From an uncultured Verrucomicrobiae bacterium (lineage in GTDB: Bacteria > Verrucomicrobiota > Verrucomicrobiia > Chthoniobacterales > JAFAMB01): DNA of 64,000 nucleotides. The stretch is from NCBI GenBank assembly GCA_963762565.1, contig CAVXLD010000010.1:384001-448000 (forward strand). Reading direction: 5' to 3'. The notes under the pieces were generated by a model. That model was not told the origin of the DNA. It did not search any database and was given only the letters and a program-made list of their open reading frames with translations. Shown piece by piece: positions 55,480 to 64,000 of the stretch. The position numbers and the translations under genes were made by a program. How positions within the stretch are numbered: position 1 is the first letter of the stretch; each line of letters begins with the position of its first letter.

Positions 55480-58400
55480 ATGGCTGTTGAGCCTTCAGGA
55501 CATGTCTACGAAACCTTGCGAGTCGATGAAGAGTTTAGCCTTTGTCGAGTTCGACAGGAGGGAGAGCCTTCGACTGTTCTGGTTGTAGCCCCGGTTTCGG
55601 AATATCCATCACTCGGAAGCTTAGCCCGCCTGGAGCATGACTACTCATTACGGGACGAACTTGACCCGGAGTGGGCGGTTCGACCGGTGGCGCTCAGCCG
55701 CCAAGGGAGACGGATAGAGCTTGTACTTGAAGATCCCGGCCCCGGAGCCGCCGGGCTTGACCGTTTGCTCAGCAACCCGATCGAACTAGACCGCTTCTTA
55801 CGCTTGGCTATAAATCTGGCCGGTGGACTCGCGAAGCTGCATCAGCGGGGGCTCATTCACAAAGACATTAAGCCTGTCAACATACTGGTAGACGCCGTGA
55901 CCGATCGGGTCTGGTTCACCGGCTTCGGGTTTGCTTCTCGGCTAAGGCGCGAACAGCACGCAGCCGAGCCTCCTGAGGTGATAGCCGGCACACTAGCCTA
56001 CATGGCGCCCGAGCAGACAGGCCGTATGAATCGGTCCATCGATTCTCGCAGCGATCTTTATTCACTGGGCGTAACCCTCTATCAGATGCTCACCGGTGCG
56101 CTTCCGTTCGAAGCCGCCGATGCCATGGAGTGGGTTCATTGCCATGTAGCCAGGCAGCCTCCGAGCCCGAGTGAACGGTTGGCCAGCGTACCTGAGCCTA
56201 TTTCGGCGATCGTCTTGAAACTCCTGGCTAAGACTGCTGAGGAGCGCTATCAGACAGCCACGGGTCTCGAGGCGGATTTAAAGAAATGCTGGTTGGAATG
56301 GAAGCAGGAATGCCGGGTCAATGCGTTCCCTCTGGGATTGGAGGACGTGCCAGACCGGCTGGCGATCCCGGAAAAACTCTACGGCCGCCAGCAGGAATGC
56401 CAAATACTGCTGGATGCCTTTGATAGGGTAGCTGCTTCCGGCAAACCGGAATTGATCCTCGTGACCGGCTATTCCGGGATTGGCAAGTCCTCACTCGTGC
56501 ACGAGCTGCAGAAACTGATTGTCTTACCAAGAGGCATCTTTATTTCGGGCAAATTCGACCAGACTAAACGGGATATCCGATATGCAGCGCTAGCCCAAGC
56601 TTTCAAGCCTTTGGTGCATCAAGTCCTACTTAAGAGCGAGGAGGAGGTCGATCGTTGGAAGAATGTTATTCTCAATGCGCTGGGGCCAAATGGCCAGCTG
56701 ATGATCAACTTGGTCCCAGAACTGGAGCTAGTTATCGGCAAGCAACCAGACCCCCCAGATCTTCCTCATCAACAAAGCCAAAATCGATTTGAGGCGGTCC
56801 TACGCGCGTTCATCGGGGTATTCGCCCGCAAAGAAAACCCTTTGGTGCTGTTCCTCGACGACCTCCAATGGCTCGACTCAGCTACGCTCAAGCTGCTCGA
56901 ACAGCTGCTCACCGACTCAAGCGTCCAGCATCTGCTCTTGATCGGCGCTTACCGAGATAACGAGCTAGTTGAGCGTCCAGAGGAGCATCGACTTGAGTTC
57001 CATACGGGTTCGGCAGCCGCGACACGTTGGCTAGGGCACGCCGAACGTGGCCGGGCCAAGGGTTTCACCGACAACGTGGTGGTGATAACCCGTCATCCAC
57101 TCCTGCTGGTCCTCGATTCAATCCGCAAGAGCGAGGTGGTCCTTCATGAGATTGTCCTCAATCCGCTTTCTCTTGCGGACGTGAACCAGTTGCTTGGAGA
57201 CGCCCTGCGTTGCGAGCTCAATCGTGCAAGACCCTTGGCAGAGCTTGTACACGAGAAGACCCGAGGCAATCCTTTCTTCACCCTTCAGTTCCTGACCAAC
57301 CTGGCTGAAGAGCATCTGCTTGAGTGCGACGCGGGAGCGGCGCTTTGGCGATGGGATATGGAACGCATCCGGGCCAAGGATTTTACCGATAACGTGGTGC
57401 ATTTCATGATCGGGAAGCTAAATCGTCTATCAGACGAGACGCAGGAAGCCCTAAAGCAGCTCGCCTGTTTGGGAAGCGGAGCCGAAGCAGTCACGCTGGC
57501 CTTGATACGAGGGGTATCGGAGACGCAGCTCCATGGCGCTATCTGGGAAGCCGTTTGGGAGGGACTTGTCTTGCGGGAGGGTGGCGCCTACGCGTTCCTC
57601 AACGACCGGGTGCAACAGGCGGCCTACGCGCTCACTCCCGAGAGCGAAAGAGCAGCCGTACACCTTCGAATCGGCAGATTACTGGTTTCGCGGATGCGGC
57701 CGGAGGAAGTAGAGGAGGATATCTTCAAGATCGTCAACCAGTTCAATCGTGGTACCGCGTTGATCGACTCCCGGCAGGAACGAGAGGAAATCGCCAGATT
57801 CAATCTCGTTGCTGGAATACGGGCGACGAATTCGACGGCGTATGCTTCGGCACTCAATTACTTCGCCACCGGCCGGGAGCTGCTGGCCGCGGAGAGTTGG
57901 GAACGCCAGTACGCGCTTACCTTCGCGCTGGAGCTCCGGCGGGCCGAGTGCGAGTTTTTGACCGGTAATTTCACGGCGGCTGAAGAACAGCTGTCCAGGC
58001 TATCGCACCGCGCCAGGGACCTACCGGATAGTGCCGCTGTTGCCCGTCTGCAAACGGAACTGTATGGCGCTCTAGACAGGAGCGAGTGCGCTGTCGCGGC
58101 AGCGTTCGACTACCTGCGACGCGCCGGGATCGATTTGCCGCTGCACCCAACCAATGATCAGCTCCGCCAGGAATATGAACAGGTTTTGCAACAACTAGAG
58201 AACCGGTCCATCGAGTCGCTCCTCGAATTACCCGCGATGACCGATCCGGTTTGCCGGGCGAATCTTGACGTTCTCGCCGCAGCCGAGGCTCATTCCTTTC
58301 TCGTTAACCAGGACCTACGGTGTCTGGTCGTGGCTCGCATTGTAAACCTCAGCCTCAAATACGGTAATAGCGACGGATCATGCATTGCCTACGTCCAACT

Positions 58401-60792
58401 CGGATGGCTGGTTGCCCCACGCTTTGGCGACTATCAAGCCGCGCTCCGTTTCGGCCAGCTTGGCCTCGATCTAGTCGAGAAGCGAGGACTCGAACGATTC
58501 GGGACCCGGGTCTCCCAATGCTTCGCCTATTTTATCAGTCCCTGGTCACGGCCTTTACACAACAGCCTCGAATTGTTGCGACGCTCGTTCTTCACCGCGC
58601 TTGAGACTGGCGATTTAAAGTATGCCGTGTTTTCCGGCGACCGCTTGATTACCCTGCTTCTGGCGATCGGCGCCCCTCTAAGCGAAGTGCAATACGAGGC
58701 CCAGGACCGCCTCGAATTCACGCGAAAAGCGAAGTTTGGCTACGTCGCCGATATCATCGTGGGAAACCTGAGATTCATCCGAGCTCTTCGGGGTCTGACC
58801 GCGAGCCTGTCCTCGTTTGACGATGCTGAGTTTGACGAGAGGCAGTTCGAGCAGAGGTTGAGAATCAATCCGAACTCGCTCTTCGCCCGGTGCTGGTATT
58901 GGATCCGGAAGCTGCAAGCGCTCTATTACGCGGACGACTATGACTCGGCGCTTCAGGCGGCATCCATGGCCGAGCCGCTGCTGCAGACTGGACCAGGACA
59001 TTTTGAGTATGCTGAATACACTTTCTTCAGCGCGCTGGCCCTGGCCGCACACTACGACTCTGCATCATCCGAGCAACAAACCCAGTATCGAACGGCACTC
59101 GCCGCCCGCCACAGACAGATCGCGGTGTGGGCGGAGAATTGCCCGGAAAACTTCGGGAATCGGGCGGCGTTAGTGGCAGCAGAGGTTGCCAGGATCGAAG
59201 GTCGGACTCTAGACGCCGAAAATCTTTACGAAAAGGCGATTCAATCCGCCCGGCAACATGGCTTCATCCAAAACGAGGCCATCGCTCACGAAGCGGCAGC
59301 GCGATTTTACTCGGGACGCGGCTTCGTCACGATTGCAAACGCTTATTTGCGCAGCGCCCGTTACTGTTATCTGCGCTGGGGAGCCGCCGGTAAGGTTGAG
59401 CAGCTGGATCAACGCTACCCGAACATCGCCCAAGAAACGTCGTTGCGACCCAGCGTCCAGATCGCCGAACCGGTTAGGCAAGTGGATTTAGAGACAGTGA
59501 CGAAGGCGTCGCAGGCGGTCTCAAGCGAGATCGTCCTCGAAAAGCTGATCGAGACACTATTGACCATTGCGCTTCAGCATGGCGCTGGCGAGCGAGCTCT
59601 CTTGATTCTTCAGCGAGGGGATCACCAGCAAATTGCAGCGGAGGCAAAAAGCGTCCGGAACAAGATTGCCGTTGATTTTCGCGAATCAACGTTAACGCCT
59701 TCCGAGCTGCCGGAGTCGTTGATCCGTTACGTCATCCGAACTCAGGAGCGAGTCATTCTGAGTGACGCTTCGGCTGACAATATTTTCTCGGAAGATGAAT
59801 ACATCCGCCAAAAACATCCTAGATCCGTGCTCTGCCTTCCTTTGATCAAGCGGCGCAGATTGGTTGGCACCCTCTATCTCGAGAATAACTTGGCACCCAA
59901 CGTTTTCGCGCCCAACCGCCTGGCCACCTTGGAGCTAATCGCGTCCCAAGCCGCGATCTCGTTGGAACAGGCTCGGCTATATGCTGAACTAACGCACGCC
60001 AATGAAGAGCTAAAGGCCGAGATCGCTGAGCGCCGCCGCGCTGAAGAAGCCTTGCGCCAAAATGAGGCTTCTTTGCGTGAAGCGCAAACCCAACTGGCTC
60101 ACGTTAGCCGGTTAACCACCATGGGAGAAATGGCGGCTTCCATTGCCCACGAACTCAATCAGCCGCTGGCGGGCATGGTAACGAACGCCAATGCAAGCCT
60201 GCGCTGGCTGGCGGGAGCTTCGCTTAACCTTACCGAAGCCCGCGAAGCCATCAGCCGCATTGTCCGCGATGGCACCCGGGCCGGCGACGTGGTTACCCGG
60301 TTGCGAGCGCTCTTTAGGAAGGCTAATCCGGCAAAAGAGGCGGTGGATATAAACAAGGCCATTGAGGAAGTTCTCGTCCTCACCCAGAGCGAAGTTAAGA
60401 GAAACAAAGTGTTATTGCGGATGGACCTGGCCGCGAACTTGCCGCCGGTTACGGCTGACCGAGTACAAATACAGCAGGTAGCCCTAAACCTGATCGTGAA
60501 CGCTATCGAAGCGATGAGCACCGTAGACGACCGTGAGCGAGAGCTGACAGTTGGCACCCAAACTGGCCAAGACGATCAAATCCGGGTCGTGGTACGGGAC
60601 TCAGGGATTGGGTTTGATCCGCTGAACGCTGAACGAATCTTTGATGCTTTCCATACCACCAAACCAGGTGGGCTAGGCCTTGGGCTGGCGATCAGCCGTT
60701 CCATTGTTGATTGGCATGGCGGCCGGCTCTGGGCGGTCACGAACGACGGTCCAGGCGCAACTTTCCAATTCACGCTTTCGCCCTGTCAGTAA
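55480..60792 (+). CDS. Hybrid sensor: Ser/Thr kinase-like + AAA ATPase + helical region + GAF + histidine kinase
   Basis: HKDIKP.N, GTLAYMAPEQTGR, GYSGIGKS, LFLDDLQW, GAF (LYLENNL), AHELNQPL and GLGLGLAIS motifs. Confidence 0.93.
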   Translation: MAVEPSGHVYETLRVDEEFSLCRVRQEGEPSTVLVVAPVSEYPSLGSLARLEHDYSLRDELDPEWAVRPVALSRQGRRIELVLEDPGPGAAGLDRLLSNPIELDRFLRLAINLAGGLAKLHQRGLIHKDIKPVNILVDAVTDRVWFTGFGFASRLRREQHAAEPPEVIAGTLAYMAPEQTGRMNRSIDSRSDLYSLGVTLYQMLTGALPFEAADAMEWVHCHVARQPPSPSERLASVPEPISAIVLKLLAKTAEERYQTATGLEADLKKCWLEWKQECRVNAFPLGLEDVPDRLAIPEKLYGRQQECQILLDAFDRVAASGKPELILVTGYSGIGKSSLVHELQKLIVLPRGIFISGKFDQTKRDIRYAALAQAFKPLVHQVLLKSEEEVDRWKNVILNALGPNGQLMINLVPELELVIGKQPDPPDLPHQQSQNRFEAVLRAFIGVFARKENPLVLFLDDLQWLDSATLKLLEQLLTDSSVQHLLLIGAYRDNELVERPEEHRLEFHTGSAAATRWLGHAERGRAKGFTDNVVVITRHPLLLVLDSIRKSEVVLHEIVLNPLSLADVNQLLGDALRCELNRARPLAELVHEKTRGNPFFTLQFLTNLAEEHLLECDAGAALWRWDMERIRAKDFTDNVVHFMIGKLNRLSDETQEALKQLACLGSGAEAVTLALIRGVSETQLHGAIWEAVWEGLVLREGGAYAFLNDRVQQAAYALTPESERAAVHLRIGRLLVSRMRPEEVEEDIFKIVNQFNRGTALIDSRQEREEIARFNLVAGIRATNSTAYASALNYFATGRELLAAESWERQYALTFALELRRAECEFLTGNFTAAEEQLSRLSHRARDLPDSAAVARLQTELYGALDRSECAVAAAFDYLRRAGIDLPLHPTNDQLRQEYEQVLQQLENRSIESLLELPAMTDPVCRANLDVLAAAEAHSFLVNQDLRCLVVARIVNLSLKYGNSDGSCIAYVQLGWLVAPRFGDYQAALRFGQLGLDLVEKRGLERFGTRVSQCFAYFISPWSRPLHNSLELLRRSFFTALETGDLKYAVFSGDRLITLLLAIGAPLSEVQYEAQDRLEFTRKAKFGYVADIIVGNLRFIRALRGLTASLSSFDDAEFDERQFEQRLRINPNSLFARCWYWIRKLQALYYADDYDSALQAASMAEPLLQTGPGHFEYAEYTFFSALALAAHYDSASSEQQTQYRTALAARHRQIAVWAENCPENFGNRAALVAAEVARIEGRTLDAENLYEKAIQSARQHGFIQNEAIAHEAAARFYSGRGFVTIANAYLRSARYCYLRWGAAGKVEQLDQRYPNIAQETSLRPSVQIAEPVRQVDLETVTKASQAVSSEIVLEKLIETLLTIALQHGAGERALLILQRGDHQQIAAEAKSVRNKIAVDFRESTLTPSELPESLIRYVIRTQERVILSDASADNIFSEDEYIRQKHPRSVLCLPLIKRRRLVGTLYLENNLAPNVFAPNRLATLELIASQAAISLEQARLYAELTHANEELKAEIAERRRAEEALRQNEASLREAQTQLAHVSRLTTMGEMAASIAHELNQPLAGMVTNANASLRWLAGASLNLTEAREAISRIVRDGTRAGDVVTRLRALFRKANPAKEAVDINKAIEEVLVLTQSEVKRNKVLLRMDLAANLPPVTADRVQIQQVALNLIVNAIEAMSTVDDRERELTVGTQTGQDDQIRVVVRDSGIGFDPLNAERIFDAFHTTKPGGLGLGLAISRSIVDWHGGRLWAVTNDGPGATFQFTLSPCQ

Positions 60793-61085
60793 AACGACGG
60801 TTTGGCCTTATTTTTGGGCGATCGTAAAAAGCTTGCTCACACGATCTACATCAGTCCGTATCAAAACAGGACTGCCTGGAGCGTGACGATTCTTAAGATA
60901 ACGTAAGTCCAAATTCTCGTACTGAAGTCTTCGAGTATTGCTACGATACATAAGCATTTGATAGGAAGGAACAAGCGTCAGAGCATAACAAGTTGGCACG
61001 TAACCTGTTACACCTTTTGCCGGACAGGAGATTGTTGCCGCGTTAGTTCATACATCCAGTCAATCTTGAACATCGGAGTGAACCT

Positions 61086-62558
61086 GTGGAAACCGACCAA
61101 TCAACCCCCTCCTCAGTCGAAAAACCAGCTTCCGTTCCCGACCCGACGAAACCAACCGCTAAGGCGCCAAGTAAACGCCGCCGTGTCTTCATTGTGGCTG
61201 CCATCGCGGTAGCAATATCGCTACTCGTCTTCGGAGTCCCGCGAATCATCCGTGCTTTTAATACCGTCTCGACGGATGACGCCTACGTGAACGGCTATGT
61301 CACCTTCGTAGCGCCACGGGTGAGCGGCCAGGTGGCACGTGTTCTGGTTGACAATAACAATCGAGTGAAGAAAGGCGACGTCCTCCTTGAGCTCGACCCC
61401 GAGCCATACCAGGTGCAGGTCGCAATCAAGCAAGCTGCTGTCGACGCCGCTCAAGCGAATCTGACGGTCGCTCAAGCGAGTGTGCGAGGCTTGATCGGTC
61501 AGACCCGAAGTAACCGCTTTAAGCTCTCCCGGGCCATTGAGGATGTTGATAACCAGATCGCATTGATCGCGGCTCGCGTCGCGACTTGGGAGCAGGAAAG
61601 GGCTACCTTAGTGCTCGCTCAGCAAGAGTTTGACCGCGCTGAAAAATTGCTCTCAACGAGGGTGGTGAGCCAAGAAGAGTATGATGAACGGCGCGAAGCG
61701 CTGGATGTCGCCAAAGCCCAAGTAACCCAAGCTCTACAAAATATTTATCAGGCACGCGTCGCACTCGGGTTACCGGCTCAAGCACCCGAAGGAAAAAATC
61801 TAGCCTATGTGCCGGACAATCTTGATCAGAGTTTTTCCTCCGTTCGCCAAGCGCAGGCTGACCTACTGCAAAGCGCTGCTCAGCTCGGCATCGTGCCGTC
61901 ATCCTACAGTCTGACGCCGCAGCAAATGCTGGATGAATTTTACCGGCGCGATCCCGCCGGGGATTTAGATCGCATCTATGCCGAAGTGATCAAAAACGCC
62001 CCGAGTCTAAAGCAAGCTCAAACCACCTTGATGGAGGCTCAGCGTGATCTCGATCAGGCGAACCTGAATTTGCGTTACTGCACGGTCGTCGCCGAGATCA
62101 ATGGCGTTATCACCCGAAGGAACGTGAATCCCGGCAACAACCTGCAAGCCGGTCAAAGTGTCATGGCGATCTGCTCGTTACGCGATATTTGGATAGACGC
62201 TAACTTCAAAGAAACCCAGCTCCGCAACCTGCGTATCGGCCAACACGTCGACCTTGAGCTGGACATGTACGGCGGCAAGCACACGTTCGAGGGCCGGATC
62301 TCCGGTTTCACCTATGGCACCGGCTCCACATTGGCCTTGTTACCGGCCCAGAACGCAACCGGTAATTTCGTCAAAGTAGTACAACGGCTGCCGGTCCGGG
62401 TTGATGTCCTGAACTATGACCCGGACAAACTGCCACTCTTCGCCGGTCTCTCGGTGACTCCAACGGTAGATTTGAAAATCGCTCCTACGGGACCGAATGC
62501 CGGCCAATACCTGCAACAACCCGAGCAAACGTCTGCCGCTGTTAGCCCTACACCATGA
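61086..62558 (+). CDS. emrA: HlyD/EmrA family efflux membrane-fusion protein
   Basis: STDDAYV, ANFKETQL and LLPAQNATGNFVKVVQRLPV motifs. Confidence 0.9.
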   Translation: METDQSTPSSVEKPASVPDPTKPTAKAPSKRRRVFIVAAIAVAISLLVFGVPRIIRAFNTVSTDDAYVNGYVTFVAPRVSGQVARVLVDNNNRVKKGDVLLELDPEPYQVQVAIKQAAVDAAQANLTVAQASVRGLIGQTRSNRFKLSRAIEDVDNQIALIAARVATWEQERATLVLAQQEFDRAEKLLSTRVVSQEEYDERREALDVAKAQVTQALQNIYQARVALGLPAQAPEGKNLAYVPDNLDQSFSSVRQAQADLLQSAAQLGIVPSSYSLTPQQMLDEFYRRDPAGDLDRIYAEVIKNAPSLKQAQTTLMEAQRDLDQANLNLRYCTVVAEINGVITRRNVNPGNNLQAGQSVMAICSLRDIWIDANFKETQLRNLRIGQHVDLELDMYGGKHTFEGRISGFTYGTGSTLALLPAQNATGNFVKVVQRLPVRVDVLNYDPDKLPLFAGLSVTPTVDLKIAPTGPNAGQYLQQPEQTSAAVSPTP

Positions 62559-64000
62559 GCACGGGCGCAGCTGCGGCATTGCCACTGGCCGTCGCCCGGC
62601 CACGCGTTTTCAATCCGTGGCTTGTCGCGATGGCGGTAGTGATACCGACTTTCATGGAGGTCCTGGATACCACGATCGCGAATGTGGCCTTGCGTTACAT
62701 TGCGGGCGGACTCTCTGCGGCTGTCACGGACAGCGAATGGGTTATTACCAGTTATCTTGCAGCCAATGCCATCATTCTACCTATCTCCGGTTGGTTGGCG
62801 GCACATCTAGGGCGGCGTAACTATTTCCTGCTATCGATCACCATCTTTACCCTGAGCTCATTCCTATGTGGAATGGCAACGAGTCTCGGCCAGTTGATTC
62901 TCTTCAGGGTCATGCAAGGGCTAGCCGGCGGCGGCCTGCAACCCTCCAGCCAAGGCATCCTCCTCGATAGCTTTCCGCCCGAAAAACAGGGCGCAGCTCA
63001 AACCATGTTTGGAGTGGCAGCATTGCTTGCTCCCGTAGTTGGCCCGACCCTAGGTGGTTACATCACGGACGAATATTCCTGGCGTTGGATTTTTCTTATC
63101 AACATCCCCGTCGGCATTGCCGCACTAGTGCTTTGCGCGATCGTCGTGCGGGACCCGGACTATCTGCAGGATCAGCGCAGGGAGTTGAAGAAACAGCCGC
63201 TGAATTTTGATATTCTCGGGCTCACTCTGCTCGCCATGACCATGGTTTGCTGGGAAGTAGTTCTAAGTAAAGGACAAGAGTGGGACTGGTTTAACGATGC
63301 TTTCGGACGTATCCAGATTTTGTCTGCCCTCTTTCTCGTCGGGGTAACCAGCTTAGTGGTTTGGGAGACGCGCCATTCGAGTCCCATCGTTAACTTCCGG
63401 CCTTTATTGGACCGCAACTTTGCCCCGTGCTGTCTTATCATTTTCTGCGCATTCGGGGTTCTTTATGGGAGCAGCACTCTTTTACCCGCACTCCTGGAAT
63501 CGCTTTTTGGTTATGACGCGTTTCACGCCGGCTTAGTACTGTCGCCCGCCGGGGCCTTTACCATCATGGCGCTAGTCGTGGTCGGCGCCTTGCTAGGGCG
63601 CGGCGTGGACGCTCGCTGGTTGATCGCCACCGGTCTGTTGATTCTTGGTGCCGGCAATTTCTGGATGTCGCAACTCAACCTGGAGATTTCGCCTTGGCAG
63701 GTGGTCTGGCCGCGGGTGGTCATGATCACCGGACTGGGGATGATCTTCGCGCCGTTGAATGTTGCCGCTTTCCTCTACATTCCACGCTCCTTGCGCCCTG
63801 CGGCGGTCGGTTTGCTTGCCTTATTGCGTAATGAAGGCGGCAGTGTGGGAACTACCATGGGGCAGACCATCGCCGAGCGCCGCGAGATATTCCACGCGCT
63901 GCGGTTGAATGAGAATCTCGATCAATTCAACCCTGCCGTGAATTCCTATTTTGAACAGGCAGACGCTACCTTTCTGCAACAGACCGGAGATCCTGCGGCC
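62555..64000 (+). CDS. emrB: DHA2/EmrB family MFS efflux permease (runs off the right edge; absent from the ORF track)
   Basis: My translation from ATG 62555 (ATGA overlap): NPWLVAMAVVIPTFMEVLDTTIANVAL...WVITSYL...GPTLGGYITD.YSWRWIFLINIP.G. Confidence 0.92.
   Translation, partial: MSTGAAAALPLAVARPRVFNPWLVAMAVVIPTFMEVLDTTIANVALRYIAGGLSAAVTDSEWVITSYLAANAIILPISGWLAAHLGRRNYFLLSITIFTLSSFLCGMATSLGQLILFRVMQGLAGGGLQPSSQGILLDSFPPEKQGAAQTMFGVAALLAPVVGPTLGGYITDEYSWRWIFLINIPVGIAALVLCAIVVRDPDYLQDQRRELKKQPLNFDILGLTLLAMTMVCWEVVLSKGQEWDWFNDAFGRIQILSALFLVGVTSLVVWETRHSSPIVNFRPLLDRNFAPCCLIIFCAFGVLYGSSTLLPALLESLFGYDAFHAGLVLSPAGAFTIMALVVVGALLGRGVDARWLIATGLLILGAGNFWMSQLNLEISPWQVVWPRVVMITGLGMIFAPLNVAAFLYIPRSLRPAAVGLLALLRNEGGSVGTTMGQTIAERREIFHALRLNENLDQFNPAVNSYFEQADATFLQQTGDPAA

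Noticed and set aside
60994..61009. Sigma-54 promoter before emrA (TGGCACG-TAAC-CTGT)
   Set aside because: The -12 GC is missing. The similar site at about 29915 has the wrong spacing.
1..64000. tRNA, rRNA, IS transposase or prophage genes
   Set aside because: No diagnostic motifs found by eye; not excluded without tRNAscan/Infernal/HMM searches.

Overview
64-kb chromosomal segment of a bacterium that looks verrucomicrobial (Spartobacteria/Chthoniobacterales-like). That assignment is inferred from protein style and gene neighbourhoods, not from a marker gene. Most content is housekeeping: a partial UbiA-family gene, mreBCD-mrdA-rne/rng, comEC, trmB, murU/amgK-like-glgE, tolB-pal, an ECF sigma/anti-sigma/HtrA-like trio, xseB-dxs, larB, rfaD, a ROK kinase, coaX, hemB, a U32/RlhA-like gene, xylR and emrAB. 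Accessory genes include two convergent secreted TPR proteins, an ankyrin lipoprotein, a cNMP-patatin, a RES toxin-antitoxin pair and a 1770-aa kinase-AAA-GAF-histidine kinase. I saw no rRNA, tRNA, CRISPR array or transposase. The most striking feature is non-coding: roughly 17 fold-back elements of about 75-330 bp, from several families, fill most intergenic gaps. Some have inverted 7-9-mer microsatellite arms; others are REP-like doublets with conserved cores. They nest inside one another, sit in-frame inside at least four proteins and supply C-termini or stop codons to others. Other oddities are an HtrA homologue lacking its catalytic Asp and Ser, an ankyrin lipoprotein with a pilus-system-like C-terminal domain, and a diverged internal duplication inside the hybrid kinase.
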